In this document: one piece after another, positions 1 through 11,811 of the stretch | Numbering within the stretch: the first letter of the stretch is position 1 | Layout of the letters: the number at the start of each line of letters is the position of its first letter | Assembly: GCA_963717525.1 (NCBI GenBank) | Contig: OY970343.1 | Coordinates: forward strand, 864,001-928,000 | DNA from: an uncultured Methanoregulaceae archaeon | Lineage (GTDB): Archaea > Halobacteriota > Methanomicrobia > Methanomicrobiales > Methanospirillaceae | DNA length: 64,000 bases | Direction of reading: 5' to 3' | Notes under the pieces: generated by a model | Databases searched by the model: none | Told to the model about the DNA's origin: nothing | What the model saw: only the letters and a program-made list of their open reading frames with translations | Made by a program: the position numbers and the translations under genes

Positions 1-612
1 ACACTGCCGCTCCGGGATCTTGCCCCGACCGCCACACATGGTACAGGGTGTCATGCGGACAAACTGGCCGAACACGGACTGCTGGGTCTGGCGCATCTGC
101 CCGCTTCCGCCACAGCGGGGACAGACATTGGTCTTTTTTGTCTCGCTGCCCGATCCCCCGCATGCAGCACAGGCCTCGCTGTGCAGGACCTCGATCTCCT
201 TGTCGGTGCCCGCCACTGCCTCTTCGAGCGTGATCTGCATACGCATCAGGAGATCGGCGCCGGGCTGCGGGCCCGACCTGCGCTGGCTCCCACCAAAAAA
301 GTCGAAGATATCCCCAAAACCGGAGAAATCTGAGGAAAAGCCGCCGCCCCCATAGCCTCCTGCACCGGTATAGGATCCTTTCGAGGCATTGGTAAACGTC
401 TCGTGGCCCATGTTGTCGTACTGTGCCCGCTTCTGTGCGTCGGAGAGGACGCTGTATGCCTCGTTGATAGACTTGAACTTCTCTTCCGCTCCCGGATCCT
501 TGCAGACATCCGGGTGGTATTTCCGGGCGAGGTTGCGATAGGCTTTCTGGATCTCTTTCTCATCAGCCGTCCTCGGTACTCCGAGGGTGTCATAATAATC
601 GCCCGAGACCAT
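1..612 (-). CDS. dnaJ: Chaperone DnaJ (5' part; runs off the window's left edge)
   Basis: Not in ORF track. Manual translation from ATG at 612: [26 protein letters not shown] (J-domain HPD), G/F-rich region, CxxCxGxG repeats ([24 protein letters not shown]); directly downstream of dnaK. Confidence 0.96.
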   Translation of the reverse strand, partial: MVSGDYYDTLGVPRTADEKEIQKAYRNLARKYHPDVCKDPGAEEKFKSINEAYSVLSDAQKRAQYDNMGHETFTNASKGSYTGAGGYGGGGFSSDFSGFGDIFDFFGGSQRRSGPQPGADLLMRMQITLEEAVAGTDKEIEVLHSEACAACGGSGSETKKTNVCPRCGGSGQMRQTQQSVFGQFVRMTPCTMCGGRGKIPERQC

Positions 613-618
613 GAATGT

Positions 619-2484
619 TCACTCGTCTTTGACTTTGTAATCTGCATTAACTACGTTGTCGTCAGTCTTCTTTTCCGGTTCTGCTGACGAGGGGCCGTCA
701 CTGCCGCCAGGCTGTGCACCCTGCTGTTGTGCAGTCTGCTCGGCCTGCATCTTCTGGTAGATCCTGGTGGTCGCAGCGTAGACTGCCTCAGTCAGGGTCT
801 CCATGGACTTCTTGATCTCGTCCGGGTTGTCCCCGCCAAGGGCAGATTTTACCGCAGTAACACCCTCTTCAACTTTCTGCCTATCAGCGGTATCGAGTTT
901 ATCGCCACTCTCCTTAAGCATCTTTTCTGCAGTAAAGACTGCCGTGTCTGCCTGATTATTGACCTCGATCTCCTCCTTCTTCTTCTTGTCCTCGGCCTCG
1001 AACTGTTTTGCCGCGTTCATCATTTTTTTGATATCTTCGTCCGAGAGCTTCTTGTCTCCCTTGATAGAGATTGCCTGCTCGTTACCGGTCCCGAGATCCT
1101 TTGCCGACACGTGGATGATACCGTTTGAATCAATATCGAAAGTGACCTCAATCTGCGGGATGCCGCGGGGAGCCGGCGGAATGCCCGTGAGCTGAAACTT
1201 ACCCAGCGTAAAATTGTCCTTTGCAAAGGCGCGTTCTCCCTGCACGACATGGATCTCCACACTGGTCTGCCCATCGGCCGCGGTCGAGAAGATCTGACTT
1301 TTCCGGGTGGGGATCGTGGTATTGCGCTCGATAAGCTTGGTTGAAATGCCGCCGAGTGTTTCGATACCGAGCGTGAGCGGGGTCACATCAAGGAGCACAA
1401 TATCCTTGGTCTCCCCGGTCAGCACCGCACCCTGGATGCCGGCTCCCAGCGCTACACATTCATCCGGGTTAATACCCTTGTCAGGCTCCTTGCCCAGCAG
1501 TTTTTTCACCGTTTCCTGCACGAGGGGAATTCGGGTTGACCCGCCAACAAGGAGAACATGGTCAATGTCTTTTGCAGTCAGTTTGGCATCACTCAATGCC
1601 TGGTTGACCGGCCCGACCGTGGAGTTCACGAGATCCCCAATGAGCTGTTCAAGTTTTGAACGGGACAGATCAATGTTGAGGAACTTGGGGCCGGTTGCAT
1701 CGGTCGTGATGTAGGGCAGGTTTACGTTGGTCGCCTGGCGCTGGGAGAGCTCGATCTTTGCGTTTTCCGATGCATCGCGCAGGCGCTGCATGGCGTAGAT
1801 ATCGTTTTTGAGGTCAATACCCTCCTTCTTCTTAAACTCATCAACAAGGTAATCCGTGACAAGTTTGTCGAAATCGTCACCGCCGAGGTGATTATTACCC
1901 GCGGTGGCTTTGACCTCGAACACGCCTTCACCTAGCGTCAGGATGGAGACATCGAACGTGCCCCCGCCGAGATCATAGACAAGGACCGTAACGTCCTGTT
2001 CCTTGTCAATGCCGTATGCAAGGGCACTCGCGGTTGGTTCGTTGATGATGCGCAGGACTTCAAGGCCGGCAATCTTTCCGGCATCCTTTGTGGCCTGCCT
2101 CTGAGCATCATTAAAATACGCCGGTACGGTGATAACCGCTTTTGTTATTTTTTCTCCAAGATAGGCCTCCGCATCGACCTTAAGTTTCTGGAGGACCATC
2201 GCGGAAATTTCCTGGGGGGTGTACTCTTTGTTGCCAATCTTTACCTTCTCGGACGTTCCCATCTTTCGCTTGATGGACTGGATCGTGCGCAGGGGGTTGG
2301 CCACGGCTTGGCGTTTCGCAAGGCTTCCGACAAGACGCTCCCCTTCTTTGGTAAATGCAACAACGGACGGGGTTGTTCGGGCTCCTTCACTGTTAGGGAT
2401 AACGATGGGTTTGCCCGCCTCCATAATTGACATGCAGGAAAAGGTGGTCCCAAGGTCGATACCCAGAATTTTCTCATTTGCCAT
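619..2484 (-). CDS. dnaK: Chaperone DnaK (Hsp70)
   Basis: [33 protein letters not shown] motifs; 621 aa. Confidence 0.99.
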   Translation of the reverse strand: MANEKILGIDLGTTFSCMSIMEAGKPIVIPNSEGARTTPSVVAFTKEGERLVGSLAKRQAVANPLRTIQSIKRKMGTSEKVKIGNKEYTPQEISAMVLQKLKVDAEAYLGEKITKAVITVPAYFNDAQRQATKDAGKIAGLEVLRIINEPTASALAYGIDKEQDVTVLVYDLGGGTFDVSILTLGEGVFEVKATAGNNHLGGDDFDKLVTDYLVDEFKKKEGIDLKNDIYAMQRLRDASENAKIELSQRQATNVNLPYITTDATGPKFLNIDLSRSKLEQLIGDLVNSTVGPVNQALSDAKLTAKDIDHVLLVGGSTRIPLVQETVKKLLGKEPDKGINPDECVALGAGIQGAVLTGETKDIVLLDVTPLTLGIETLGGISTKLIERNTTIPTRKSQIFSTAADGQTSVEIHVVQGERAFAKDNFTLGKFQLTGIPPAPRGIPQIEVTFDIDSNGIIHVSAKDLGTGNEQAISIKGDKKLSDEDIKKMMNAAKQFEAEDKKKKEEIEVNNQADTAVFTAEKMLKESGDKLDTADRQKVEEGVTAVKSALGGDNPDEIKKSMETLTEAVYAATTRIYQKMQAEQTAQQQGAQPGGSDGPSSAEPEKKTDDNVVNADYKVKDE

Positions 2485-2520
2485 ATGAATCAGTCCTTGG
2501 TAATCTTCGTGAGTTTATAT

Positions 2521-3063
2521 TCAGATATTCATTTCATCGAGTGATTGTTTTCCTTTGGATACTGCAACCTTTGCGTACCGGATCACTTTGTTGTGCATTC
2601 GGTATCCGGGTGACACAACATCGACCACAATACCCTCTCTTTCCTCAGACGGTATGTGTGCGACGGCTTCATGCAAAGCCGGGTCGAAGGATGTTTTGAA
2701 TGCATCTATGGAAGTAATGCTATGTCGTGCAAGAATTCCGGTAAGCAGCTCGCGGATCTGTTCCACGCCAATCCGGAGATGATCCTCATCGGCCTTCAGC
2801 GCCCGGTCCAGGTTGTCCGCGATCTCCAGGATGTCAACTGCAAAGCGTTCGTTTGCATGCTGCGCTTGGGCCTCGTGATCCCGTGCTATCCGCTTCCGGT
2901 AATTGTCGAAATCCGCTGCGAGCCTGAGATATCGGTCGTTTAATTCTTCGAACCGCTTTTTCTGATCTTCAAGTTCATCACGTTGCTGAGGCGGCGGTGA
3001 TACCGGTGTCTCCGTCACTGCCGCATTATCGTCAGGCACAGGCATGGTATCGTAGTCTCCCAT
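2521..3063 (-). CDS. grpE: Nucleotide exchange factor GrpE
   Basis: RLAADFDNYRKR, FDPALHEAV, GYRMHNKVIRYAKVAV; upstream of dnaK. Confidence 0.97.
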   Translation of the reverse strand: MGDYDTMPVPDDNAAVTETPVSPPPQQRDELEDQKKRFEELNDRYLRLAADFDNYRKRIARDHEAQAQHANERFAVDILEIADNLDRALKADEDHLRIGVEQIRELLTGILARHSITSIDAFKTSFDPALHEAVAHIPSEEREGIVVDVVSPGYRMHNKVIRYAKVAVSKGKQSLDEMNI

Positions 3064-3107
3064 AGTTCATCCGATCCAATGTTCCATTATTTATTGAATT
3101 GTGGTTC

Positions 3108-3115
3108 TATATAAA
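3108..3115 (-). promoter_or_regulatory. Probable archaeal TATA box for grpE-dnaK-dnaJ
   Basis: TTTATATA on the minus strand about 45 nt upstream of the grpE ATG. Confidence 0.5.
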
Positions 3116-3334
3116 TAATTGGTGTAAATCTCCGACTGTATCTTTCGGATTTAATCCCTTTTTGGGAGGGATCAGCCTAAACTGCGAAGTTCTCCCCAAT
3201 CCAAAGGGCCTTTGTGCCCGTTCCGGGAAAAAACAAGGATTTAGTGCAGCGCTATTTAACCGGTCCACGCCTTTGGGTCTCTGGGGATTTTGCATCGCAT
3301 ACCTTTTTTGGCCACGATCAGCATACATATCATC

Positions 3335-4819
3335 ATGAAATGGGCGCTTCTTTCAGTATGGGATAAAACCGGGATCGTGGAACTTGCGCAGGGACTGGTC
3401 AGAAACAAGTTCAGTATCCTGAGTTCCGGGGGACCGGCAAGGTGCTTGCCCAGACAGGTGTCCCATTCACTGAAGTATCGAATTATACAGGTTTTCCCGA
3501 AATGATGGATGGGCGGGTCAAGACGCTCCATCCCAAGGTTCACGGGGGTCTCTTGGGAAGGCGACAAATCGATGATGCTGTCATGGCCCGGTATGGGATC
3601 AACCGGATCGATCTGCTGGTCGTAAACCTGTACCCTTTCGAAAAGATGTCAGGACAGTCCATGGCTCTTGAAAAACTGATAGAATATATCGATGTGGGGG
3701 GTCCGGCTATGATCCGGGCTGCGGCAAAAAATTTCAGGGATGTCGCGGTGGTTGTCGACCCGTCAGATTACCCGGAAGTAATTAAAACCATCAGCGGTGC
3801 CGGTTTTTTACCCGAACAGCGACTGATGCTGGCAAAAAAAGCGTTTGCCCGGACTGCTGCCTATGATGCCGCTATCAGCAACTACCTTTCGAATCTGGAT
3901 ATGACCTTTCCACCTACCCTCTCGCTCCAGTTCACGAACGGCCGTATGCTCAGGTATGGAGAGAATCCACACCAGCAGGCAGCAGTTTACGGCACTACTA
4001 GTATAGCAGGTACGGAACCCCTCCAGGGCAGGCAGATGTCTTACAACAATTATCTTGATGTCAATGCCGGCACCGCCCTGTTAGCGGAGTTCGAGGAGCC
4101 TGCTGCGGTTATTGTCAAACACAATAATCCCTGCGGGGTCTCGATCGGTACGGATATTCTTGATGCCTACCTGTCTGCCCGCGAGGTTGATCCGGTATCT
4201 GCCTATGGTTCGGTGGTATCCCTCAACCGAGAAGTCGACAAGAAACTCGCCGAAGCGATCGACTCCACGTTTGTGGAGGTCGTGGTCTCTCCGTCATTTA
4301 CGAAGCACGCGCTCGATGCGATGAAATCCAAAGAGAATATGCGGGTGCTTGTCCTCCCGGATCGTGTGAATGCGGACGAAGTGCGCACCATTGACGGGGG
4401 CATCCTGGTACAGCGGACATTGCCATACCAGGAGAACTGGAGCGTGATCACCGACCGTGATCCGACCACTGATGAGATGCAGGCACTGCGGATCGCATGG
4501 AAAGTCTGCAAGCACACCAAGAGCAACACAATCATCTTTGCCGACCAGAAACGTACCTCTCGGTATCGGCGCCGGCCAGATGAGCCGGGTTGATTCGGCA
4601 AAGATCGCTATTGAGAAGGCATGTGCCCCTCTTGCAGGATCCGCCGTTGCTTCAGACGCATTCCTCCCCTTTCCGGATACGCTTGAAGTGGCAGCGAAAG
4701 CCGGTGCCACAGCACTCGTGCAGCCGGGCGGATCCATCCGGGATAAGGAGGTTATTGAAGCCGCAAACCGGCTGAATGTTGCCATGGTCTTTACCGGCGT
4801 AAGATATTTCAGGCATTGA
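3335..4819 (+). CDS. purH: Bifunctional AICAR transformylase/IMP cyclohydrolase (two apparent frameshifts, ~3433 and ~4558)
   Basis: [13 protein letters not shown] in one frame; [39 protein letters not shown] in the next; [34 protein letters not shown] in a third. Confidence 0.93.
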
Positions 4820-4955
4820 CAATTTTTGCGTATTTTTTTGTTTTGAACCGAATTTTTGGATAAATTTATATTCTGCGAAGTATTTATACCTGATATAAAT
4901 CATTTATGGCTGGATAGTCATGGATGATTCAACCTAAATCATTGTGGTGAATGAA

Positions 4956-5621
4956 ATGGAATTTGGAAAACTGGTCAAAGACTCTTTGGGATACGCAAAA
5001 GAAGGTCTCGTTGGGAAGTGGATAAACTGGATATTGCTGATTGTCAGTTGCATAATCTTTCCTTTTGTCTTAGGCTATATAATGCGTATTTACCGTGGTG
5101 CAAGTAAAGCTCCTGAGCTCAATGAGTGGGGGGGCATGTTTATTGAAGGGATTAAACTTTTCATTGTCGTGCTAATCTATGCAATTCCGATAATCATCAT
5201 TGAACTTGCAGTTCTTGGTAGTACATTCATCACTACTATGACGTTGAAAACAGCCGGGCATGAAAATCCCGCTCAAATGATGAATCTAATAGGGGGAGTT
5301 CTGTTCGGTTTTATAATTTTGGTGATTGTTTCGATCATTATCGGCCTCATATTAGCCACTGCAGTAGTACGGTTTGCTCGAATGAACAGCTTTGGTGAAG
5401 CATTTAATTTCAATGCAATCTTTGCACATATCGGGAAAATCGACTTTGTGTCGTATCTTGTTGCTCTGATAATTATGGTCATTATCATCGGAGTTATAGA
5501 AGTTATATGTATGATGATCCCCTATATTGGCTGGTTACTACTTCTCATAATCCTCCCGCTCCTTGTCTTGTTTGAAGCACGGTATCTTACCCTCCTCTAT
5601 GAGAGTGCCGGTCCCGTATAA
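4956..5621 (+). CDS. Multi-pass membrane protein, DUF4013-like
   Basis: Several hydrophobic helices; GY..RIYRG..APELNEWGGMFIEGIKL pattern typical of archaeal DUF4013; visibly AT-richer than neighbours. Confidence 0.7.
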   Translation: MEFGKLVKDSLGYAKEGLVGKWINWILLIVSCIIFPFVLGYIMRIYRGASKAPELNEWGGMFIEGIKLFIVVLIYAIPIIIIELAVLGSTFITTMTLKTAGHENPAQMMNLIGGVLFGFIILVIVSIIIGLILATAVVRFARMNSFGEAFNFNAIFAHIGKIDFVSYLVALIIMVIIIGVIEVICMMIPYIGWLLLLIILPLLVLFEARYLTLLYESAGPV

Positions 5622-6038
5622 CTTTTTTCCTTTTCCCGGCTACATATAAACATGAAACAAGCTGTTTTTGAAGAAATTTTTTTCTCGTTGACCTCCCAAC
5701 GGTTGAATCACTATTGGTTGATATGAGTTTCGGGATTAAGCTTGACGACTTCTCATCCTAAATAAATGAGAGTGTCTGGGAAAATGGAACCATTGGCTGC
5801 TCTGGTTGCCAGCCCGATAATTCTCGCTTTGATTTATGGGTGTTCCGCATGGATCTATCGTGGTGAGAGTATGCCATTATGCAACACTGTATATTAATGC
5901 AGTAAACATGGATCCGTGACGGTTCCGGCAGAACAATAACCGGATTTCCGAATTCCCTTTGATTAAATAAAAATACGTCTTTAGGGTGCGACTTTTCAGA
6001 CATCTCAAAAAGGATATCCGGCCGAAGATTGGGAGAGG

Positions 6039-7691
6039 TTATCTCTGCACTGCGCCAAGGTTTGCCTGCTCAACGGTCTTTGCGTACCGGGCAAGGACAC
6101 CGGTCAGCGATCGGGCTACCGGCCTCCATGAATCTTTCCGGAACTGGAGAGTTTTTGGATCGACCAACAGGTCGATTGTTCTGGCAAAGAGATCGACAGC
6201 GATCAGATCTCCTTCCTGCACAAAAGCAATAGGCCCCCCGACCGCAGCCTCCGGGGCAACGTGCCCGATACAGGGACCACGGGTCCCCCCGGAGAAGCGA
6301 CCGTCGGTAATCAGCACGACGTCTTTGTAGCCAACCCCCATCAGGGCTGATGTCGCAGAGAGCATCTCCGGCATCCCAGGCCCGCCACGCGGCCCTTCGT
6401 TCCTTATGATGAGGACATCACCTTCACAGATCTGCCGGGAAAGAATTGCTTTCATCGCAGGCTCCTCAGCCTCAAAGACCCGGGCAGGACCGGTGTGTTT
6501 CCATATCTCTTTTGGGACGGCTGCAGATTTGACGACAGCCCCATCGGGCGCCAGGGATCCAAAGAGGATACGCAGGCCACCCGCCGGGCTCACCGGTGCA
6601 TCCAGCGTCTTGATAACATCTTCATTTTTGATCACTGCATTCTGTGCAATATCATGAATGGTCGACCCTGAAGCGGTCAGGCAGTTGTCAAGATGTTTTT
6701 CCAGGCGCTTGAGAACCGCGGGAATACCACCGGCCCGGTACAGGGCCTGCATGGAGTGGGGGCCGGCGGGGAGCATGTGACAGATATGCGGGATCTCATC
6801 AGCAATACGGTTGAAATCCTTAAGAGAGAGTGGGATCTCGGCCTCGGTTGCAATTGCCATGAGATGAAGCACGGTATTAGTCGAACCGCCAAGCGCCATA
6901 TCCACGCGGATCGCATTTTCCAGGCTCTTTCTGGTAACGATATCACGCGGCGTGACATTCTTTTTTACCAGAGGGACAATAGCCTCGCCACTCTCCCGGG
7001 CTATTCGCAGCTTTGCTGCGTCCACTGCGGGAATCGCTGCGCAGCCAGGCAGGGACATCCCCATGGTCTCGGTCATGCAGGCCATCGTGTTTGCGGTGTA
7101 GAGTCCCTGGCAGCTCCCACAGCCGGGCATGGCGCAGCATTCCAGGTCTTTCAAGGATGCCTCATCCATGGTTCCTGCGGCAACCTTTCCCACTCCCTCA
7201 AATATATCGATGAGCGAGAGGTCTTTTCCATCCATACTCCCGGAGAGCATCGCCCCACCAGTTACGATTACCGTCGGGATGTTTGTCCTGACCGCAGCCA
7301 TGAGCATCCCGGGAACAATCTTGTCACAAGTACCGACGCACACAAGGCCATCAAAACGGTGCGCCTGGGCCATGAGTTCGATAGAATCCGCAATATTTTC
7401 CCGGGAGGGAAGAGAATATCTCATCCCTTCGTGTCCCATTGCAATCCCATCACAGATACCGATGACACCGAATTCAAACGGAACTCCCCCGGCGGCAGCA
7501 ATGCCTTCATGTACCTTGTCCGAAAGCTGGCGCAAATGAGTATGGCCGGGAACAATAGTATTGTACGCATTGGCAATACCGATAAACGGAAGGTTCATCT
7601 CCCGGTCAGTGACCCCAAGCGATCGCAGAAGCGAACGGTTCGGCGCCCGTTCGTACCCCTTCCTGACTTTATCGCTTCGCATATCCGTCAT
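6039..7691 (-). CDS. ilvD: Dihydroxy-acid dehydratase
   Basis: [46 protein letters not shown]. Confidence 0.98.
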   Translation of the reverse strand: MTDMRSDKVRKGYERAPNRSLLRSLGVTDREMNLPFIGIANAYNTIVPGHTHLRQLSDKVHEGIAAAGGVPFEFGVIGICDGIAMGHEGMRYSLPSRENIADSIELMAQAHRFDGLVCVGTCDKIVPGMLMAAVRTNIPTVIVTGGAMLSGSMDGKDLSLIDIFEGVGKVAAGTMDEASLKDLECCAMPGCGSCQGLYTANTMACMTETMGMSLPGCAAIPAVDAAKLRIARESGEAIVPLVKKNVTPRDIVTRKSLENAIRVDMALGGSTNTVLHLMAIATEAEIPLSLKDFNRIADEIPHICHMLPAGPHSMQALYRAGGIPAVLKRLEKHLDNCLTASGSTIHDIAQNAVIKNEDVIKTLDAPVSPAGGLRILFGSLAPDGAVVKSAAVPKEIWKHTGPARVFEAEEPAMKAILSRQICEGDVLIIRNEGPRGGPGMPEMLSATSALMGVGYKDVVLITDGRFSGGTRGPCIGHVAPEAAVGGPIAFVQEGDLIAVDLFARTIDLLVDPKTLQFRKDSWRPVARSLTGVLARYAKTVEQANLGAVQR

Positions 7692-7898
7692 TACCTGATG
7701 ATTGCTCCGCTTGATTCATGAATCTGTTGCCGCACTGTGCTTACCGGAGAACAAGTCACACATGAATGTTCCCCTATACGAGAAACGGAATACACGGAAC
7801 CTCTGCCAGACTGAGTTCCCGGAATCGTCAAAGGTCAGTGCAGTTAAAAAAAGATTATAATTAACAGATAAACATTACAGCCGGTGTAACATGGAGAG

Positions 7899-9191
7899 CT
7901 ACCGTTTCCTCCTAGCATGAATTAGGGTGTAGATGATACCGATGATCACAGCGACGATGAGGGAGATATAGACGGGATTGGAGACGATGCCCTGGATCCC
8001 GGAGAGGTTTTTGACGTCGATAGAGATCTTCATCGGGTCGGAGATGTAGGTATCGTCGAGGGCATCATTGTACCGGATCTCGGAATCGAGGCCATATTCC
8101 TTGATAGTCGCGTCGCTTGCCACGCTGATCTGATAGGAAGCCACCGCGGACTGTCCCGGCGCGAGGTCGCCAAGGTAAGCGATATCGGAGGAACTGGTGA
8201 ACGGATCGACCACGCTGATACGAGCCTCCGCGCTGTAGACCGTGGAGTCCCCGGTGTTCTGGTATTCGACCTGGATCGTCCGCTTGCTGCCCGGGCTCAT
8301 CTCGACCGGGGGAGACTGGATTGCAAAAGAAACCTTATTGCCGATGTCCACACCTACGACCTGGGTCTGTGACGGAACGAAATCTCCCTCGTCATTCTGG
8401 TACATCACAACAACATCTATGGGATAGGTCTTGTTCTCCGCATCCTTTGCCACGGATACCTTGTACTGGCAGGAGACCGTGCTGCCTGCGGGAAATGCAC
8501 CGATATACACGCTGCTGTCGACCGGACTGACCGGGCTGTCATCGTCCTGGAGGATCTCCACGGTTGCTTTGGCGCCGTCAAGCGACCCGATATTTGCGAT
8601 GGTCAGGTTCACGTAGCCGTTTGCACCCGCAACCAGCTGGCCGGAGGTCGCTGAGACAACCTCCGGGATCACCTCGGACTTGATGACCAGCGGGGCGGTA
8701 ATGGTCACGTTGCCGGGCACGTAGTAATACCGGAACGTGTCAAGGCCGTACTGGTCGACGTTCGAGAACTGGGTGTAACTGATGTTGAGCGGCAGATAAT
8801 ACGTGCCGCCCGCGGCATCGGCATTAACCTTCGCGGAGAACGTCACGGTCTGCTGGGCCTGGCTCGCAATGTCCCCAATCATCTGGGGATCGGATTTGAT
8901 CACCACCGGGGCATCCCCCGCACCCATGGCGACCGTGACAAATTTCGCCGTAGTCGGAACATCCGCCAGATCGACAATGTTCGGCGCTACCTCATAGTTC
9001 GTGTTTATACCGGTGTTTTTGATCACTACCGGGATCTGGATGTCGCTGCCCGCCGTATACTGGTTCGCCCCGGCTATATACGCCGTCAGGTTCGGGCTGC
9101 CGGCCAGATACTTCGTGCCGGCAAACGCCGGGACGGCGAGACATGCGAGGAGTATTATAAGGATAATTATTTTAGCTTGGGGTGATCCCAT
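7899..9191 (-). CDS. S-layer-domain (COG1361-like) cell-surface protein
   Basis: N-terminal signal peptide, repeated Ig-like segments (IxNxG..YIG/YLGDLAPG), C-terminal TM helix followed by RRKR. Confidence 0.7.
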   Translation of the reverse strand: MGSPQAKIIILIILLACLAVPAFAGTKYLAGSPNLTAYIAGANQYTAGSDIQIPVVIKNTGINTNYEVAPNIVDLADVPTTAKFVTVAMGAGDAPVVIKSDPQMIGDIASQAQQTVTFSAKVNADAAGGTYYLPLNISYTQFSNVDQYGLDTFRYYYVPGNVTITAPLVIKSEVIPEVVSATSGQLVAGANGYVNLTIANIGSLDGAKATVEILQDDDSPVSPVDSSVYIGAFPAGSTVSCQYKVSVAKDAENKTYPIDVVVMYQNDEGDFVPSQTQVVGVDIGNKVSFAIQSPPVEMSPGSKRTIQVEYQNTGDSTVYSAEARISVVDPFTSSSDIAYLGDLAPGQSAVASYQISVASDATIKEYGLDSEIRYNDALDDTYISDPMKISIDVKNLSGIQGIVSNPVYISLIVAVIIGIIYTLIHARRKR

Positions 9192-9473
9192 CAAAGAGGC
9201 TCCTGTACGGTAATAAAAATATGTTTCTTTATATTATGGTATTTGGTTATGTATTTTCTTTGGCGTATGAGGAGGTCAGACTATGGCACAAAAAGATTGC
9301 AGGCCAGTTATTTTAAGTGGGTTTCTTGGATCGAGATAAATATAACCTTTAAAGAAATTGCTGAATCCGGTTCCATGATACCTACAACCGTGGGAAATGT
9401 AACAGGTTTCGTGATGCTGGATTATGATCTTTTAAGCATACATAAATAACAGAAAAAGCTCTACACATCAGTG

Positions 9474-10277
9474 ATGACAAAGCAGATGTGTTGTGCGGTA
9501 CTTGCGTCTGGCATCATTCTGATGCTCCTTGTGGCCGGGTGCGTTACACCTCCAAAAGGAACGACGACTTCATCGACATCCGGTAATTATTATGCCACCG
9601 AAACGAATGCTCAGGAGACACCAACATCTTCATCCTATGTTAATGCGGCTACGCCTTTTGTAACTAGTACTTCTGGTGTTCAGGCCGGTAGTAGTCAGGG
9701 GGGTAATCCCTATGCGACTCCTACCCCCATATCTGCCGATCTGTCGTGTCTCATCTACCAGAACACTCAATTTTTCTCCTATAATACAACCGCGATATCT
9801 TTCGACATGAAAAACCCTCCAATGTATATTACGTATTCTGTTGTTCCATTCAACATCACGGTCAATAAGCCTGTTGAAATAAACCAGGGTGGTAGTGGAG
9901 ACCAATGGGTAACCCTGCAGTACTCCGATTATGCCCCGTATTCATGGTTTGAGATTACCGTTCGGGATAATGAAACGGGTGATGTCTATCTTGACAACGG
10001 GTTTGCACCATACAGGGCTTCCAATCCTCTAAGTGGCTATATCAACGCGACACTCGGCCCTATTCTCAATTCAGGCGACCTTCATATAGAGATGACCGGG
10101 AACAACATCACGGCAACAACCGGTATATGGGTAAAACCGGTAGGTAATATTGATGACCCGCAAAACCAGACATTCTCCCAATGCCAATACTGGAACGGGC
10201 ATCCGCAAAATTACCTGGTTTACCCGACAACAACGGCCACTCCCACGTGGACGCCGGGAAACGTGCAGGCTGACTAA
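9474..10277 (+). CDS. Putative lipoprotein, Thr/Ser-rich
   Basis: Hydrophobic signal ending in lipobox LVAG-C, T/S-rich linker, globular C-terminal part. Confidence 0.65.
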   Translation: MTKQMCCAVLASGIILMLLVAGCVTPPKGTTTSSTSGNYYATETNAQETPTSSSYVNAATPFVTSTSGVQAGSSQGGNPYATPTPISADLSCLIYQNTQFFSYNTTAISFDMKNPPMYITYSVVPFNITVNKPVEINQGGSGDQWVTLQYSDYAPYSWFEITVRDNETGDVYLDNGFAPYRASNPLSGYINATLGPILNSGDLHIEMTGNNITATTGIWVKPVGNIDDPQNQTFSQCQYWNGHPQNYLVYPTTTATPTWTPGNVQAD

Positions 10278-10302
10278 TGAGCGAGAGGTATAATTTTTTT
10301 TG

Positions 10303-11146
10303 AGTATAGTCCCATTCTAGTGACTAAACCTCGTGTCCCAACAGCTTGATGATACGTTTCACTTTATAATTATTATTTTCATTTCTATGACACATACTCA
10401 CCTAAATAGAGAGGCAATTTTTCTTGTCTGATACCACCTTTGAAACCAGTTTTCTTTTCAAGTATCCCCCAGAATCCTTCCAGACCATTGATATGATTTC
10501 CTTTTCCATCGCTATACTGGTTTTCACCGTGATTGACAAGATGATGAACGTATCCACGTGAAGCGATACCGGTATATGCTTTCCAGGTATCTGAACAAAT
10601 GATGGAACCGGTTGAAACTTTCCTTGAGATAAGTGGTTGCAGAGTTTCAGCTCCAACTTCATCAACAACTTCGGCCCAGGCAGTATCATTATGACAAAAA
10701 ATCCCCAACACCAGTTGTTTCTTCGTTCCTCTTCCCCGTTTAGTGCCGTGATCTCGGATCGTTTTTCGTTTGTTTTTCCATTGACTCCCGAGGTAGGTTT
10801 CATCCACTTCAACGGTGCCGGAAAAGATTTCCGGTACATCTTTTATGAGTGCAGTTCGAATCAACGTCAGTGCCATCAGAACTCGTTTTCGTTCAAGACC
10901 GGTCCAGACTGAGATATTATGGCTGCTCTGCTCCAAGAGAAACCATGTGATAATTTCTTTCCATTGATCTTTTGTAAGATAGAGGGGGAGCCGGTGCAGT
11001 ATAAATTCATATTCGCACAGGGAACATTTCCTCTTCCCATTAGAGAGCAGGTAAACTTTTTTGACATCGCATTTTGGGCATGATATTTTTACCAGTTCCT
11101 CGTCCAAATTTTCTTTACGAGTTGGTAGTTAAAATGGTATTATACC
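10303..11146 (-). mobile_element. IS1595-family insertion sequence, 844 bp
   Basis: Imperfect terminal IRs AGTATAGTCCCATTCTA (10303-10319) and GGTATAATACCATTTTA (revcomp 11130-11146); identical 8-bp flanks TTTTTTTG at 10295-10302 and 11147-11154 (target duplication). Confidence 0.85.
10323..11107 (-). pseudogene. IS1595/ISXO2-like DDE transposase, degenerate
   Basis: Zn ribbon CPKC..CSLC, VEVDETY, SDTWKAY, HINGLEGFW; expected FWGYLKRKL segment is in another frame and the EYVW-RYN tail is broken (HRNENN..LLGHEV* continues in a shifted frame). Confidence 0.8.
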
Positions 11147-11254
11147 TTTTTTTGAATGAGATGATTCGCAATTTCGTATCTATCGATTTTTTTAACGGTG
11201 AGATATTTAAGCGATTAAAACGATGTAAATAAGGCAGGCACCCATAAAACACAC

Positions 11255-11326
11255 GTCCCGGTGGGGTAGTGGACATCCTAGAAGCCTGCGGAGCTTTTGA
11301 CCCGGGTTCAAGTCCCGGCCGGGGCG
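11255..11326 (+). tRNA. tRNA-Arg (anticodon GCG)
   Basis: Acceptor stem GTCCCGG/CCGGGGC, D-loop AGTGG, anticodon arm GAAGC-CTGCGGA-GCTTT, T-arm CCGGG-TTCAAGT-CCCGG; no intron. Confidence 0.95.
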
Positions 11327-11811
11327 TACCATTTTCCATCATTGCATGTTCCCTTTGATCTGATCTCTCCTTGATTCTGATACAATCCGTCACCGTGAAA
11401 AGATGAGATAACTCCACACTCCTGATAGCCGTACGACCCCCCTAATCCCCGTGCGCGCCTCACTAGTATAATGTATCGTTTTAAAAAGAGCAATTTTTGC
11501 GTGATTTTCCAGATCTGTCCTAGGGATCGAATGGAATTAAATGCTTCCTGCGATACATACCGGGTGCAGTGCAGCAGATCTGAGACAGCAATCTGTGTCA
11601 GGCGCCGATCAAAATGAGGATATTTAGGAGGGTCACAGGCAACGGGTGCTATCCCTCCTCACGAATCCCGGATTTCCCGTTCTGCCTCGTTCCTTACAGC
11701 ATCAGGCCATTTTAAACTACATGCCCAATCCCGATGCAGCAGTATGGAGGATATCCGAAAAACCAGTGGCATGAAAAAGGAATATGTGGAGATAACGTGA
11801 AAATAAAAAAA

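Noticed and set aside
11327..11811. Integrated element or att site after tRNA-Arg
   Set aside because: No integrase, and I saw no second copy of the tRNA 3' end in the window.
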